From assembly GCA_951406725.2 (NCBI GenBank), contig OX597817.1, forward strand, positions 41,974,001-42,038,000: a stretch of 64,000 bases of DNA, read 5' to 3'. The position numbers and the translations under genes are program-made. The DNA comes from Octopus vulgaris. Its lineage: Eukaryota. Of this stretch, positions 39,420-52,239 are shown piece after piece. The notes beneath the pieces are model-generated. The model searched no databases. It had not been told where the DNA came from and saw nothing but the letters and a program-made list of their open reading frames with translations. Positions within the stretch are counted from its first letter, which is position 1. Every line of letters starts with the position of its first letter.

Positions 39420-40080
39420 TACAAGGCTTGATAAAAATAATATCAGGAATTTTGTTATAGTAACAGAACTTAGGTATGCAGGGTGAAGCCACTTGATACA
39501 GATTGATCTGAAACTTATGCATGCTAAGCTATAACATTCTCACTCACTTCCATAAAGTGTGTAGAGTGTGGGCATCTCGAGAAGGAGATTGAGTTTCAGC
39601 TGTGCAGGGTTTCTTTGATTGTGTCAAGGAAGATGAAAACTTTTTGAAAACAGTCATAACAGGCGATAAATCATGGGTCTATGGCTACGATCCCAAAATG
39701 AAGGTTTGAAAGGAATCCCATTTTAAGGGATTTCAAGACTTCAGGGAAAGGGTTTGCCACCACCCTCTGCTGGGGTCTCGTGGAGCTTTAAGTGTTTTTG
39801 CTCAATAAACACTCACAACGCCTGATCTGGAAATCGAAACTGTGATCCTATAACTGCGAGTCCACTGCCTTAACCACTGGACCAAGAGAATGCAATAAGG
39901 CAGCTGCTCATTATCTCAAAAAATGAGTCCAGGAATGCTTCCATTAATGGAAACAATGCTGGATAAAGTGTGTGACTTCAGAAGGGGTCTACTCTGAAGA
40001 AGATTAAATGCTGAATTGATGTGTGTTGGACTTTTCTTTTTATAACACTCATCCTGATACTCTTTGATCAGTCCTTGTAC
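39420..40080 (+). mobile_element. Internally deleted mariner relic with SINE insertion
   Basis: TIR-like ends TACAAGGCTTGATAAAAATAATATCAGGA and TCCTGATACTCTTTGATCAGTCCTTGTA. Coding remnants EDENFLKTVITGDKSWVYGYDP and C-terminal WKQCWIKCVTSEGVYSEED. Confidence 0.8.
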
Positions 40081-40771
40081 GTCTATGGGAAGTAAAATAA
40101 CAACACATTCTGGATTTGCAATTTCCTGAACAGAATAATACGAGGCTCCATCCTCTCATCTGGTTCATTTTACCTTTGTATATGCGTGACCTTGTCACAA
40201 TCCATCAGCCTCTCATGTTGACAGTATCAATATTGTCCCCTTCTAGCACTTCCCAGACACTGCTGTCCAATTACCCCTACCTTATATCAACCATCAACCA
40301 CATGGAAGCTTAGTACCAAATTAATTAATTAAACATACTTCTACTGAATTCAGCATCTCCATTTTGCTTGCAATACTGAGTATCAAATACAGCCAGACAC
40401 GGCACTAAACTACAGGGCAACACTGTGTTGTTTCAAGTTGCTAGAAATAGAAGCTAAGCCTACCTTAAGTCACATCCTACCGTCTTTAAAAAAAGGAATG
40501 ACTTATTTCACAATGTACTCTTAGGTGTGGTATGGGCAGGACAAGAACACCTTTTGATCATAGGTCTGTATATTCAGCTCTCATCTAAGGCTAAGTAGCA
40601 ACATAAACTTTGTATCACTTGACAATGGTTCTTCTTAAATAACCCAATTTAACTTGCAGGGCCAGTGGAAGCCCTGGGCACCATTTTATCCCCAAGTCAA
40701 AATCATTAAAAGAAATAAATAATAAGATGTAAAGATAAAGAAAATGTTAAAGCTGGTTGATGGTACTTTTA

Positions 40772-41804
40772 TCAGGTCATTAAGACTGAAATGTCCAATT
40801 TTCTTATGCACCAAGTTTGACAGTCATTAACTCTAATGTTTTATCCTGACAATTCTTTATTTTTGCTACATTGAAGGGTTACATCATCACTTTCCGAAAT
40901 GCAATTCCTTATGTCTGATTATATAGTGAGTTTTCTCTTGTAAATCAATTTTTGTGAACCCATGGATAGACCAAAAATTCGTGTTGTTTATGAATATGAG
41001 TTCCGTCATGGAACCAATATATCCCAGACATCTTGAAACATCGATGAGGTGTTTGGTGAAGATGTGGTGTGGTGACTTTACTCTTGAAAATCAGCCCCGT
41101 GGTAGATCTGAGACCAAGGTGGATAATGATGAGCTGGATACTGTAGTAGAAGCGGATACATCTCTACATGTAAATTAGCAGCAAGGTATGATGTTTCGAT
41201 TCCAACCGTATTGGACCATCTAAAACAAATTGGCATGGTAAAGAAGCTGGACAAGTGGGTATCACATGAACTGAACGAGCATCAAATGACACATCGTGAA
41301 ATTTGTTGTTCTTTGCTGTCATGGCATAAAAGTGAACCATTTTTTCATTGTATTGTTACGGATGAAATGATGAGTGAATTTGCGATTAATCAACAGAAAT
41401 TGGTCAATAGAGATAGGCCAATACTCTTGGAAGACAATGCATGACTACATGTTGCACAAAGAACATTACTCAAGTTGCAAGAACTGAACTTGGAAGTACT
41501 CTGTCATCCACCATATTCACCAGACCTTGCACCAATTGACTATCATGTTTTCCAGGCATTAGACAACTTTTTACAAGGTAAAAACTTCAAATCCGAAGAA
41601 GATGCAAAAACAGCCTTTCATGATTTCTTCACCACTTGCTCTCCAGAATTCTTTGCTTCTGGCATACATAAGATACCAATAAAATGGCAAAATTGTGTTG
41701 GTAATTTAGGTGCATACTTCAATTAACTGCATTGCTTTTTGTTGAGATAAAAATAAAATAAACTTTTAGTTAGTTGAAAATCAGACAAATTCTTAATGAC
41801 CCGA
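40772..41804 (+). mobile_element. Decayed mariner (resembles the Hsmar1/cecropia type)
   Basis: TIRs TCAGGTCATTAAGA and TCTTAATGACCCGA. Remnants MDRPKIRVVYEYEFRHG, KKLDKWVSHEL, IVTDE and HPPYSPDLAPIDYHVFQALDNFLQGK, with stops and deletions. Confidence 0.9.
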
Positions 41805-41869
41805 AAGGTTATTTGTTGAAGAAGAAGAAGAAGAAGAAGAAGAAGAAGAAGAAGAAAGAGAGGGGTGAA

Positions 41870-42320
41870 TAAGAAGGAACGTAGGTAGTGTGAAAGTAGT
41901 AAGGTGTTAAATGTTCAAATGACTTAAAATTGGCACGTTATGGATTATAGCAGTGATTGGAACTTATTTTTAATGAATTCTTGGGAATCTCTTGAGTGTA
42001 TCATTTTTAATATTTGTGTTATTCTAAGGCCGTGGTGGATATGTCATTTGTCGTAGACGCGTTCAATAGGGGTCTGTATTTTGTAATAAAGAGAGTCTCT
42101 TTACTAATTCGTTGGCTCCAGGTTGTATCATCCCTGAATTGGTAGAAGAGAAAAATTCTGAATCTTGGAATTTTGTTATTGGTGCAAATGTCTATGTGTT
42201 GGCTGAATGTTATTTTTCTGTTTTGGTGAATTTTGATCTGGGATCTGTGCAGAGCCATTCTTTTATGTAGTCCGTTTTTTGTTTGTCCTATGTATTGCTC
42301 TTGACACCCAGAGCAGGTTA
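41870..42320 (-). mobile_element. Penelope-like element 3' fragment (GIY-YIG endonuclease)
   Basis: GCQEQYIGQTKNGLHKRMALHRSQIK...SQHIDIC...RISKETLFITKYRPLLN has the YIG, catalytic R, E and terminal LN pattern. Confidence 0.85.
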
Positions 42321-42380
42321 ATATATATATATATATATATATATATAACCTTGCAGAGCCAGTGGAGGCTCCTGGGTACC

Positions 42381-42411
<31 letters not shown>

Positions 42412-43319
42412 TGTATGTATGTATGTATGTATGTATGTATGTATGTATGTATGTATGTATGTATGTATGTATGTATATGATGTGTTTCTTTCAGTTTCTT
42501 ATTTCTTTACTTCCCACAAGGGGCTACACATAGAGGGGACAAACAAGGACAGACAAACATATTAAGTCGATTATATCAACCCCAGTGCGTAACTGGTACT
42601 TAATTTATCAACCCCAAAAGGATGAAAGGCAAACTCAACCTTGGCGGAATTTAAACTCAGACAAAATACCACTAAGCATTTAGTCCAGTGTGCTAACATT
42701 TCTGCCAGCTTGCCGCCTTCAATTTCTTTCAGTTTCTGCCTCCCAAATCAGCTATAGTAGAAGATACTTGCTGAAAGTCACATGCAGTGGGATTGAACCT
42801 GAAACTATGTGGCAGGGAAACGAACCTCTTAACTACAAAGCAACACCTGCACCTCTGTACTCCATGCTAATCTATTTACAGCTTGATGAACAGGTTCAAC
42901 TGTGTCTTTGGTAAAGACAGACTGTCATTTATCAGTGACAGGATACAGGCTAAAACTGTAACTGATAATATTTGCACTGTAAATGACTCAACCACCTACG
43001 ACTTGCTATTTTAGATATAACCAATTAAAGGATTCTGATATGAACTACCAAATTCTTTTTTATGTTTTCACAGTATTGAGGTGTTTGACCTAAGATTAAA
43101 TCTATCTAGAGCACTAGATTAGCAGGATAGTTTAATATTTCTATTAAACACTCTAGATATCATAGAACTTATAATAGCAGAGAAAGATACATCGCATTAA
43201 AATGAGCTAATGAGAGGCAGATGTTATGTGGTTGCTTGACCTGCTGAAAATAGCAGCTTAAACATCGCAATGATAGGACCCAACATCTTAAAAAGGAAAT
43301 GATGCTTTGGATAATGATT

Positions 43320-43740
43320 TTGTATTTCTTTATTGCCCACAAGGGGCTAAAAATAGAGGGGACAAACAAAGACAGACAAAGGGATTAAGTCGATTAGATC
43401 GACCCCAGTGCGTAACTGGTACTTATTTAATCAACCCCGAAAGGATGAAAGGCAAAGTCGACCTTGGCAGAATTTGAACTCAGAACGTAATGGCAGACGA
43501 AATACCTATTGTATTTCTTTATTGCCCACAAGAGGCTAAACAGAGAGGACAAACAAGAACAGACAAACGGATTAAGTTGATTATATCAACCCCAGTGCTT
43601 AACTGGTACTTATTTAATCAACCCCGAAAGGATGAAAGGCAAAGTCGACCATGGCGGAATTTGAACTCAGAATGTAGCGGCAGACAAAATTCCGCTAAGC
43701 ATTTCGCCTGGCATGCTAACGTTTCTGCCAGCTCACCGCC
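43320..43740 (-). mobile_element. SINE family C, dimer with TSD
   Basis: Two units, flanked by duplicated CTTTGGATAATG at ~43306 and ~43740. Confidence 0.85.
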
Positions 43741-44181
43741 TTTGGATAATGGTTTCTGTCTGAAAGACAATAAAATCAACAAAGGTAAAAAAGATGGGAT
43801 GGTCATGACAGGGATGCCTTTGACAATAGGTCTACTTTTGCTGAACTGGTCTTGAACTACATAGTATAGATACCCTGAATTAAGTAAGGGTTTATGGGCT
43901 GTTCACAAATGCCAAGGAAATCATACTGATCTGTCTTTTCTTCTTTTATTTTTCACTTGATCCACTCATTAGACTGTGGCCATGCTAAGGAATTGCCTAG
44001 AAAAGTCTAGTTTAACAAAGTGATACCATACTTAATAATTAATAACAACAAAAACAGTGTTAATACTAAAAGTAAACTTGATATCCAACTTAATGCAAAG
44101 GTTGTGTTGGAACAAGGATTACTGTACATTATTTACATTATTTACATTTGAAGGATATTTGTTCTTATCTTGTTTGTTGTT

Positions 44182-44227
44182 ATCACAACGTTTCGGCTGA
44201 TATACCCTTCAGCCTTCATCAGGTGAC
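44182..44227 (-). ncRNA. Minimal type-I hammerhead ribozyme motif
   Basis: On -: GTCAC-CTGATGA-A-GGCTGA-agggtata-TCAGCC-GAAA-C-GTT-GTGAT. The core is intact, stem II has 6 bp, stem I has 5 bp, and stem III is the palindrome AACGTT. Confidence 0.7.
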
Positions 44228-44285
44228 TTGGGGTAATTTCGAACCTGGGTTGTCATTCCTTAGGTATTTTTCGATGCTGTTGTTA

Positions 44286-44320
<35 letters not shown>

Positions 44321-44866
44321 GAGTGAGAGAGCAGTTCATGCCATCAAAGTGACATTGGGGTGAAATATACGAAGCCCAATATACCCATCATGACTACCCG
44401 TCTGATAAAGGTACACCAGGCACATGCATCACAACCATATGTGCGCGACATGGTGATCTCATATCAAGATAAACAGCACATGACCTTGCAGGTGGGGCCC
44501 AGTTAGAATTTTCTTCAGGTTGAGTAGCCCATCCCGCTCAAACGGTCCCTGAATAAGGGTTGTTTAAGGATGTTGAAAGAACCACCCATGTTTCCAGAGG
44601 TGAACTATTCAAACCCCAAAGAATCCCTCTCAACACATGGCTATGATGCTCCCCCACTACTTCTGCTCGTGATCAGAGATGCACATATCGTCAGCCACTA
44701 AGGGACATGCTCAACTGGTTAAGGTCAAACAACTGACAAGCAAATCTGTGGTATTGAGCAGAATATTTGCTGTAGCCCATCTTTTATACCAAGACAAAAC
44801 AATGTACATGATAACACTTCCAATCAGTTAAGATCAGAAGCCATGAGAGCCACTGCCTGGTACTGC
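44321..44866. mobile_element. ~545-bp non-coding element embedded in (TTA)n
   Basis: (TTA)n on both sides; homologous copies at 54406-54778 and 55545-56023. Confidence 0.8.
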
Positions 44867-44902
44867 TATTATTATTATTATTATTATTATTATTATGCCC
44901 AC

Positions 44903-44973
44903 GGGCATATGGCGTAGTGGTTAAGAGCATGGGCTACTAACCCCAAGATTCTGAGTTTAATTCCAGGCAGTGA

Positions 44974-45057
<84 letters not shown>

Positions 45058-45079
45058 CAACAATAACAATAATAACAAT

Positions 45080-45162
<83 letters not shown>

Positions 45163-45350
45163 CAACAACATCGAAAAATACCTAAGGAATGAGAACCCAA
45201 GTTCAAAATTTCCCCAAGACACCTGACGAAGGCTGGAGGGTACATCAGCTGAAACGTTATGTTAACAACAAACAAGATGAGGACAAATATCTGTCAAATG
45301 TAAATAATGTAAATAATGAACATAATTCCTCATCTCTTAAATACAGACCT
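44903..45350 (+). mobile_element. tRNA-headed short element with (AAT/AAC)n spacer and 3' hammerhead
   Basis: A box TGGCGTAGTGG (44910-44920), B-box-like GAGTTTAATTCC (44953-44964), microsatellite, then a hammerhead at 45218-45263. An inverted partial copy lies at 44126-44320. Confidence 0.6.
45218..45263 (+). ncRNA. Minimal type-I hammerhead ribozyme motif
   Basis: GACAC-CTGACGA-A-GGCTGG-agggtaca-TCAGCT-GAAA-C-GTT-ATGTT; the stem II changes keep pairing through G-U. Confidence 0.65.
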
Positions 45351-45634
45351 GAATGATTACTGTGTTATTTACATTGAGAAAATCTCTCATAAGGACTCAC
45401 ATTCATAAAAGCACATATAATTATATAATTGACTGATGGGAATTGTCTTATACAGCCACAGGAACAGCCAGATGACAATGATGATGATGACGACGACTGC
45501 CAGGTCGGATTGGAGCCTGGTGCAGCCTTCTGGCTCACCAGCTGTCAGTTAAAGCGTTCAACCCATGAAAAGCGGACGTTAAATGATGATGATGATGATG
45601 GTGATGATGAAGATGCTAAGCTTTATGGTTGGGA

Positions 45635-46065
45635 TCAGCTGGCAGAAACATTAGCACGCTGGGCGAAATGCTTAGCAGTATTTCCTCTGTCTTTACATTC
45701 TGAGTTCAAATTCTGCCGAGGTTGACTTTGCTTTTCATCCTTTCGGGGTTGATAAATTAAGTACCAGTTGTGTACTAGAGTCTATCTAATCGACTGGCCC
45801 CTCCCCCAGAATTTCAGTCCTTAAGCTTAGAGTAGAAAAGAATTTTCTTAAGGCAGCGAGCTGGCAGAAACATTAGCATGCTGGGCGAAATGCTTAGCAG
45901 TATTTCCTTTGCCTTTACGTTCTGAGTTCAAATTCTGCTGAGGTCAACTTTGCCTGTCATCCTTTCAGGGTCGATAAATTCAGTACCAGTTGCGTACTGG
46001 AGTCTATCTAATCGACTGGCTTCCTTCCCCCAAATTTCAGGCCTTGTCCCTAGAGTAGAAAATAA
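45635..46065 (+). mobile_element. SINE family C variant, two tandem full units
   Basis: AGCTGGCAGAAACATTAGCA head at ~45637 and ~45859, each ending TAGAGTAGAAAA. Confidence 0.8.
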
Positions 46066-46704
46066 TACTTATACAAAATAAAATAAAGCAATGAAATAAT
46101 GGTTTCACAGCAAGTTCTAAGGAGGGTGTAAATTGTCTATATCAACCGCAATGCTCAACTGGTACTTATTTTATCGACCCTGAAAGTAAGAAAGGTAAAG
46201 TTAACCTGGACCCTAAATCTAAAGAAGGACAAAAAACTGCTAAGCATTTTGCTTGGCATGCCAATGATTCTGCTAACTTGCTGCCATAAAGGAACAAAAT
46301 ATTCTATAAAAATTCCTTACTGTTAATATTATGTTTAAGTATCTTTGTAGCCACTTTAACATGGCTGTCTGTTCAAGCAGACTCTACTGTGACTTTTTAA
46401 CTCCCAAGAGGTCATCTCCTCTAGCCGCTTAATGATGCTCAGCTGCATCTGATAAAATTCTGAGCAGGGGAGTGAACCCCTACTATCTCCTAGCAACGGG
46501 ATTAGTTAACCAGTCCTGGTTTTGGACTATTTCTGCCACTCCTCAGTATTGGACAACTCGTCTGCTAGAGATGAATTTTTTATTAGGATAATCAATATCG
46601 TACATAGAGGGGACAAAACAGGACAATACAAACAATTATTGTTATTATGAGTTCGTATGATACTTAGTTCTTAAAAATATTGAATGATATATAATTAAAT
46701 TTGG

Positions 46705-47410
46705 CTTTTTTTGTGGGAGTGGTTAAACCAAATGGGCTGAAAAGCCCAGTGACTATACCTTTTCCTTTTCCTATGAGAATTAAGCAGGGTCACTTGCGCC
46801 TATTTTTTTTAACACAGCCTACCATCTTTCCTCGAACACACCTCATGACAGGCATCTCCTCTTCAGCCCTATCTTGCTCTTCAGATGATATCTGAAGTAT
46901 GTCAGCAAACCAGGGCCAGAGACGAAGGTTCTCATCACGAGTCCTTGCAATCTGGTCTTCCACACACACTCTTTCAACACTGCAACTGAACAGAGAAAAC
47001 ATGCCTCACCTTCCTTTGAGAGTCCGGTTGGTGGCACAATCTTTATTGCAGACTCAGCTGATGGCTGTACTCTGCCTAGGTGTGACAACACATGTTCAAC
47101 GTAAATTATCAAGCCTGAAAGCTTCCAGCACTGTACAAAAGTGTGCTGGACAGTTTCCTTGTCTCGCCCACATCTTGGACACATTGGTGGCACTGACATT
47201 CTGTGCGTGGATAACTTATCGTGAACAGGTAAAGCATTCCTATACCACTGCCAGGTCAGGGATTTTTGGTAGCTATCCAAATACCCCAACCTGAAAGTGT
47301 TTTTGAACAAGTTGATTCTCATTGAATCCCAGAGCCCCTCCTAGGATGTCATCATTTTAAAACTCTACCAGCCCTTTATACAAAACCAAGGCTTTGCCCG
47401 TCTTGTGGAT
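46705..47410 (-). mobile_element. L1/Tx1-type LINE ORF2 3' fragment (zf-RVT-like CCHC)
   Basis: ORF 46843-47322 reads WQWYRNALPVHDKL...CPRCGRDKETVQHTFVQC...VWKTR. Confidence 0.8.
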
Positions 47411-48174
47411 TGTCGGCTTTGCCCGTCTTGTGGATTAGCACCTTATCTGCTAGAGATGATAACAGCTCGCTTTTGCACACAATATATATATTTCAAGTGA
47501 ACACACAGTCACTGATTTTGCAAGAAGCAAAAATGATAGTTCTAATATATCTCTAAGAAACAAACACAGTAATTGTACTAACAAGTAATGTTTGTAGCCA
47601 CCTCAACATGGCAAAATATGTTTGCATACCAAATTCCACTCTCAAGGTCCTGGCCAGCCAAAAAACTATAATAGAAAAGACTTGCTCAAGTTAGCAGACA
47701 ATGGGATTGAACCTGGCACTACATGGCTGCAATTAGCATCTATCATGGTTCTTCCATATTGGAATTGTTTCAGTTTTAACACTTGTTGCATCAGATTAAA
47801 TCAAGCTCAGCTTTTTAGTATTGTTTTGTACTTGAGATACAAGCATGGATATTTCAGGTCCAATCTCAATGCCAGGTACCTTGGGTAAGTGCCTTCTTCT
47901 AGAGTTCTGGATTGATTGGTGCCTTATGAGTGAATATGGTAGAGAGAAATGGATAGAAGCCAGCTGTGTATGTCACCAGACATGTTTTAGCAAAGTATTG
48001 GAAATGAATGACATTCATTTACAACAATCATGTGATGTCAAAACTAGAAGACACAAATGAACACACACTTACACACACACAAATATACATATATATATGT
48101 GCGTGAATGTGTGTTTGTGTATATGTTTTGTATGTGTGTGTGTGTGTATGTGTGCACGTGTGCGTGTTTACTCT

Positions 48175-48602
48175 CTCTGTAACTCTTTTACTTGTTTCAA
48201 TCATTTGACTATGGCCATGCTGGAGCACCACCTTTTTTAATCAAGCAAATCAACCCCAGGACTTATTCTTTGTAAGCCTAGTACTTATTTTATCAGTCTC
48301 TTCTGCTGAACCACTAAGTTATGGGTACGTAAACACACCAGTCAAGCGATTTTGGGGGGACAAGCACAGACACACAAACATATACACACACACATATACA
48401 TATAAATATATACACATATATATGTATATACGAAGGGCTTTTTTCAGTTTCCGTCTACCAAATCCACTCACAAGGCTTTAGTTGGCCCGAGGCTATCGAG
48501 GCTATAGTAGAAGTTACTTGCCCAAGGTGCCACACTGTGGGACTAAACCGAGGACCATACGGTTCATAAGCAAGCTACTTACCACACAGCCACTCCTACG
48601 CC
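48175..48602 (-). mobile_element. SINE family A
   Basis: Reverse complement of the family A consensus. Confidence 0.85.
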
Positions 48603-48804
48603 TCCATTCATGTATGTGTGTGTGTGTTTATACATCCATCCATTCTTGTGTGTGTGTGTGTATGTGTTTGTGTGTATTTGTGTGTGCGTGTGTGTGTGTG
48701 TGCCTGCATGCATGCAGTCCTCTGGCTTGTCATCTCTTGTAAAACCAGCCAAACCATGCCAGCATGTAAAACAGATGTTAAATGACAATGACAACGATGA
48801 TGAC

Positions 48805-48839
<35 letters not shown>

Positions 48840-50454
48840 CGATGACGATGACGACGACGACGACGAGGACGACGACGACGACGACGACGACGACGATGAT
48901 GATATATACAGTATATAGTGGGAAAGGGTGTTAAAATGAAAACTCATATCATTTCAGCAAGGTGAGATTAATGTACTTTTCGTACTTTATAGAAAAGATA
49001 AAGATGATTATCATAGAAGAGATAAACAAACTAATTACTTACAGTGAATCAAAAAATATCAAGAATTCTAACATAAAACTACACAAGTTTGAAAATATAG
49101 CAAAGTTAGATAAAAAATAAGTAAGCTTATAGTGACAGAGTAGATTACTTAGTAACACCTTCTTCTGTGTGGAAAAATAGTTAAGTGACAAATAACATAC
49201 TTAATGTAGTGAGTCAATTCTTTATCATTAAATAAAATTACAAATAATATTCTTTGTATTAAGGATTAATTCTGGTTAGAAAAGGCAAGGGAGACAACTT
49301 GAAAATAAAAAAAAAATGAAATATTGGGTTTAAATTTTGGTACAAGGCCAGCAATTTGGGGGGAGGGGAAGTTGATTACATCAACCCCAGTATTTAGCTG
49401 GTAATTATTTTATTGACCCTGAAAGGATGAAAGGCAATGTTGACCTTGGTGGTACTTGAACTCAGAACCTAAAGATGGATAAACTGTCACTTAGCAATTC
49501 AGCCAGCTCACCACCTTAAATTAATGAAATATCAAATAGAACATGTAGTGAGGAATGTGTTTGTGTCTGATGTTTGTTAGTACAAGACAACTCAAGACAT
49601 ATACCAGCTTTATTAGACTTCTTCAGTTAGCCATAGAATTACTAATACTGGATGTTCTGAGAAGAGGCCAGAATAAAAAAGAAATGAATTCATCTAAGCT
49701 TGACTCACTTGTGATCAGATAGCTTGATATAGGAAGTATTTCCTAATTGCTGTGGTCATTAGTGAGACTTTATGAAATATTTCTGAGAGGTAGAACAATT
49801 TTAATTTGTTCAGAGCCATTAACAATTCATCTGTTGTTTTGTTGTCAATGACAACTATCACCTTGGTGATTACACAATTCTCTCTCTTTTGCTTTCTCTC
49901 CCTTCCTTTCTCATTTAATCTCTTACTGTGTCTTGCTCTCTGTGTGTGTGTGTGTGTGTGTCTGTCTGTCTGTCTCTTCTCTCTGTTTCTCTATGTTCAG
50001 TTTCTTGTTCACCTCCATCCTGTCACAAGCTGATGAAATGATGACAAGATTTGTTCCACATTAATTAGGATAAAATTATTTATACACAGGATCAAAGAGA
50101 ACAAATGATACTCCGCCCCACCCTTTCTGTATATGTGATTTTTTCCTCTTAGTTTTTTGTTAAGTTGGATGGCAATGCTCATGAATCATTACATCAACTC
50201 CATGATTGGTGGGAGAGCAGGCTCTGAGTTCAAATCCCACCAAGGTCAACTTTGTCTTTCATCTTCCTGGAGCCAGTTAAAGAAAAACCTAGAAGTTATC
50301 ATCATCAACAAAAACATTTGTTTTCCATTCTGGTATGGGTTGGATGGTTTGACAGTAGAGCAACACCAGGCTCCATCTGTCAATTTTGGCATACTTGCTA
50401 TGGCTGGATGCCCTTCCTAATGCCAAACACTTTACAGAGTGTACTGGGTACTTA

Positions 50455-50915
50455 GAGCGGCTAACCGGCTTCCGTGCCAGTGGCACATAAAAGGCACCAT
50501 TCGAGTGTGATTGTTACCAGCGTCGTCTTACAAGCACTTGAGCCCCGTGCTAGTAGGGTGAGCATGATCGTTGTCAGAGTGGCTATCTGGCATCCGAGCC
50601 GGTGGCACATAAAAGACACCGTTCGAGCGGGATCATTACCAGGATCGCCTTACTGGCACCTGTGCTGGTGGCATGTGTAAAAGATTCGAGCGAGGTCGTT
50701 GCCAGTACCGCCTGACTGGCCCTGTGCCGGTGGCACTCAAAAAGCACCCACTACACTCTTGGAGTGGTTGGCATTAGGAAGGGCATCCAGCTGTAGAAAC
50801 CCTGCCATATCAAGATTGAAGCCTGGTGCAGCCATCTGGTTTGCCAGCCCTCAGTCAAACCGTCCAACCCATGCTAGCATGCAAAACGGACGTTAAATGA
50901 TGATGATGATGATGA
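50455..50915 (+). mobile_element. SINE-like family B with tandem internal subrepeats
   Basis: About four GGTGGCACRTAAAA subrepeats, the core motif and a (GAT)n tail. Confidence 0.8.
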
Positions 50916-51662
50916 CTGGCATGGGTAGTTTATACATGGAACCAGCACAGGTGCCTTTTACATGGTGCCAGCATGGGTGCTCTTTTATGTGGCACCAGCA
51001 TGGATAGCTTTTTTGTTGTGCCAGAGTAGGTGCTTTTTATATGGCACCAACACAGAAGAGTACCTTCATATCAAAAATGGTTATTTACAATGGAATTGAC
51101 TCTGTTAAGGTCATCTAAGATGCCTGGTGTTGATGTGGTTTAGTCCCCAAAATTGAATAGACTTATGACAAAAGGCATTCAGATCAGGACAATCTCATCC
51201 TATTTCATCTAGATTATCCAACAAGTGCAGGTGTGTGAATAAACAAATGTTTAGATTGGTTCAAATAAGCTTTGGACAGGTATGGTACAAAGGCCATATT
51301 CACTGAGGGAAGGGTTCCACACAGCAAATTAGCAGTGAATACGGCTTTTGGACACATCAAATGTATCCATAACATATTTGAACTCATCTAAATGTTTGTT
51401 TGTGTGTGTGTGTGTATTTTTGAGTTTGTCCCCCTTGCATACCAGTGTTGGTTTATTTACGTCCCTGTAACTTGGCAGTTTGGCAAAGAGACTGATAAAA
51501 TAAGTATCAGACTTAGAAATAAGTATATGGGTTGTTTAGTTTGACTAACCCTTTCAAAGTGGTGCCCCAGCATGGCAACAGTCCAATGACTGAAACAAAT
51601 AAAAGATTTAAAAAATTAATTAATAGCAGTAAACAAAATATATCAAAAATAATTAATAGTTC

Positions 51663-52108
51663 GTAGGAGTGGCTATGTGGTTAGTAGCTTGCATATGAAC
51701 CACAGGAGTGGCTGTGTGGTAAGTAGCTTGCTTACCAGCCATATGGTTCCAGATTCAGTCCCACTGTGTGACACCTTGGGAAAGTGTCTTCTACTATAGT
51801 CTCGGGCCAACTAAAGCCTTGTGAGTGGATTTGGTAGTTAGAAACTAAAAGAAGCCCATCGTATATATGTATATATGTGTATATGTATGTGTGTGTGTAT
51901 ATGTTTGTGTGTCTGTGTTTGTCCCCGCAACATCACTTGACAACTGATGCTGGTGTGTTTACGTCCCTGTAACTTAGCAGTTCGGCAAAAGAGACCGATG
52001 GAATATGTAGTAGGCTTACAAAGAATAAGTCCCGGGGTCGATTTCTTTGACTAAAGGTGGTGCTCCAGCATGGCCACAGGCAAATGACTGAAACAAATAA
52101 AGAAAGAG
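51663..52108 (+). mobile_element. SINE family A with duplicated 5' head
   Basis: AGGAGTGGCTRTGTGGT occurs at 51665 and 51704. Confidence 0.85.
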
Positions 52109-52191
52109 TATGTATATATATATATATATATACACACACACATATATACTCTTTTATTTTATTTGTTTCAGTCCTCAGTCAAACAACCCCC

Positions 52192-52239
<48 letters not shown>

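Noticed and set aside
50470-50750. CRISPR-like repeat-spacer pattern (GTGGCAC..AAAA)
   Set aside because: These are degenerate internal subrepeats of SINE-like family B with related spacers, in a eukaryotic context with no cas genes.
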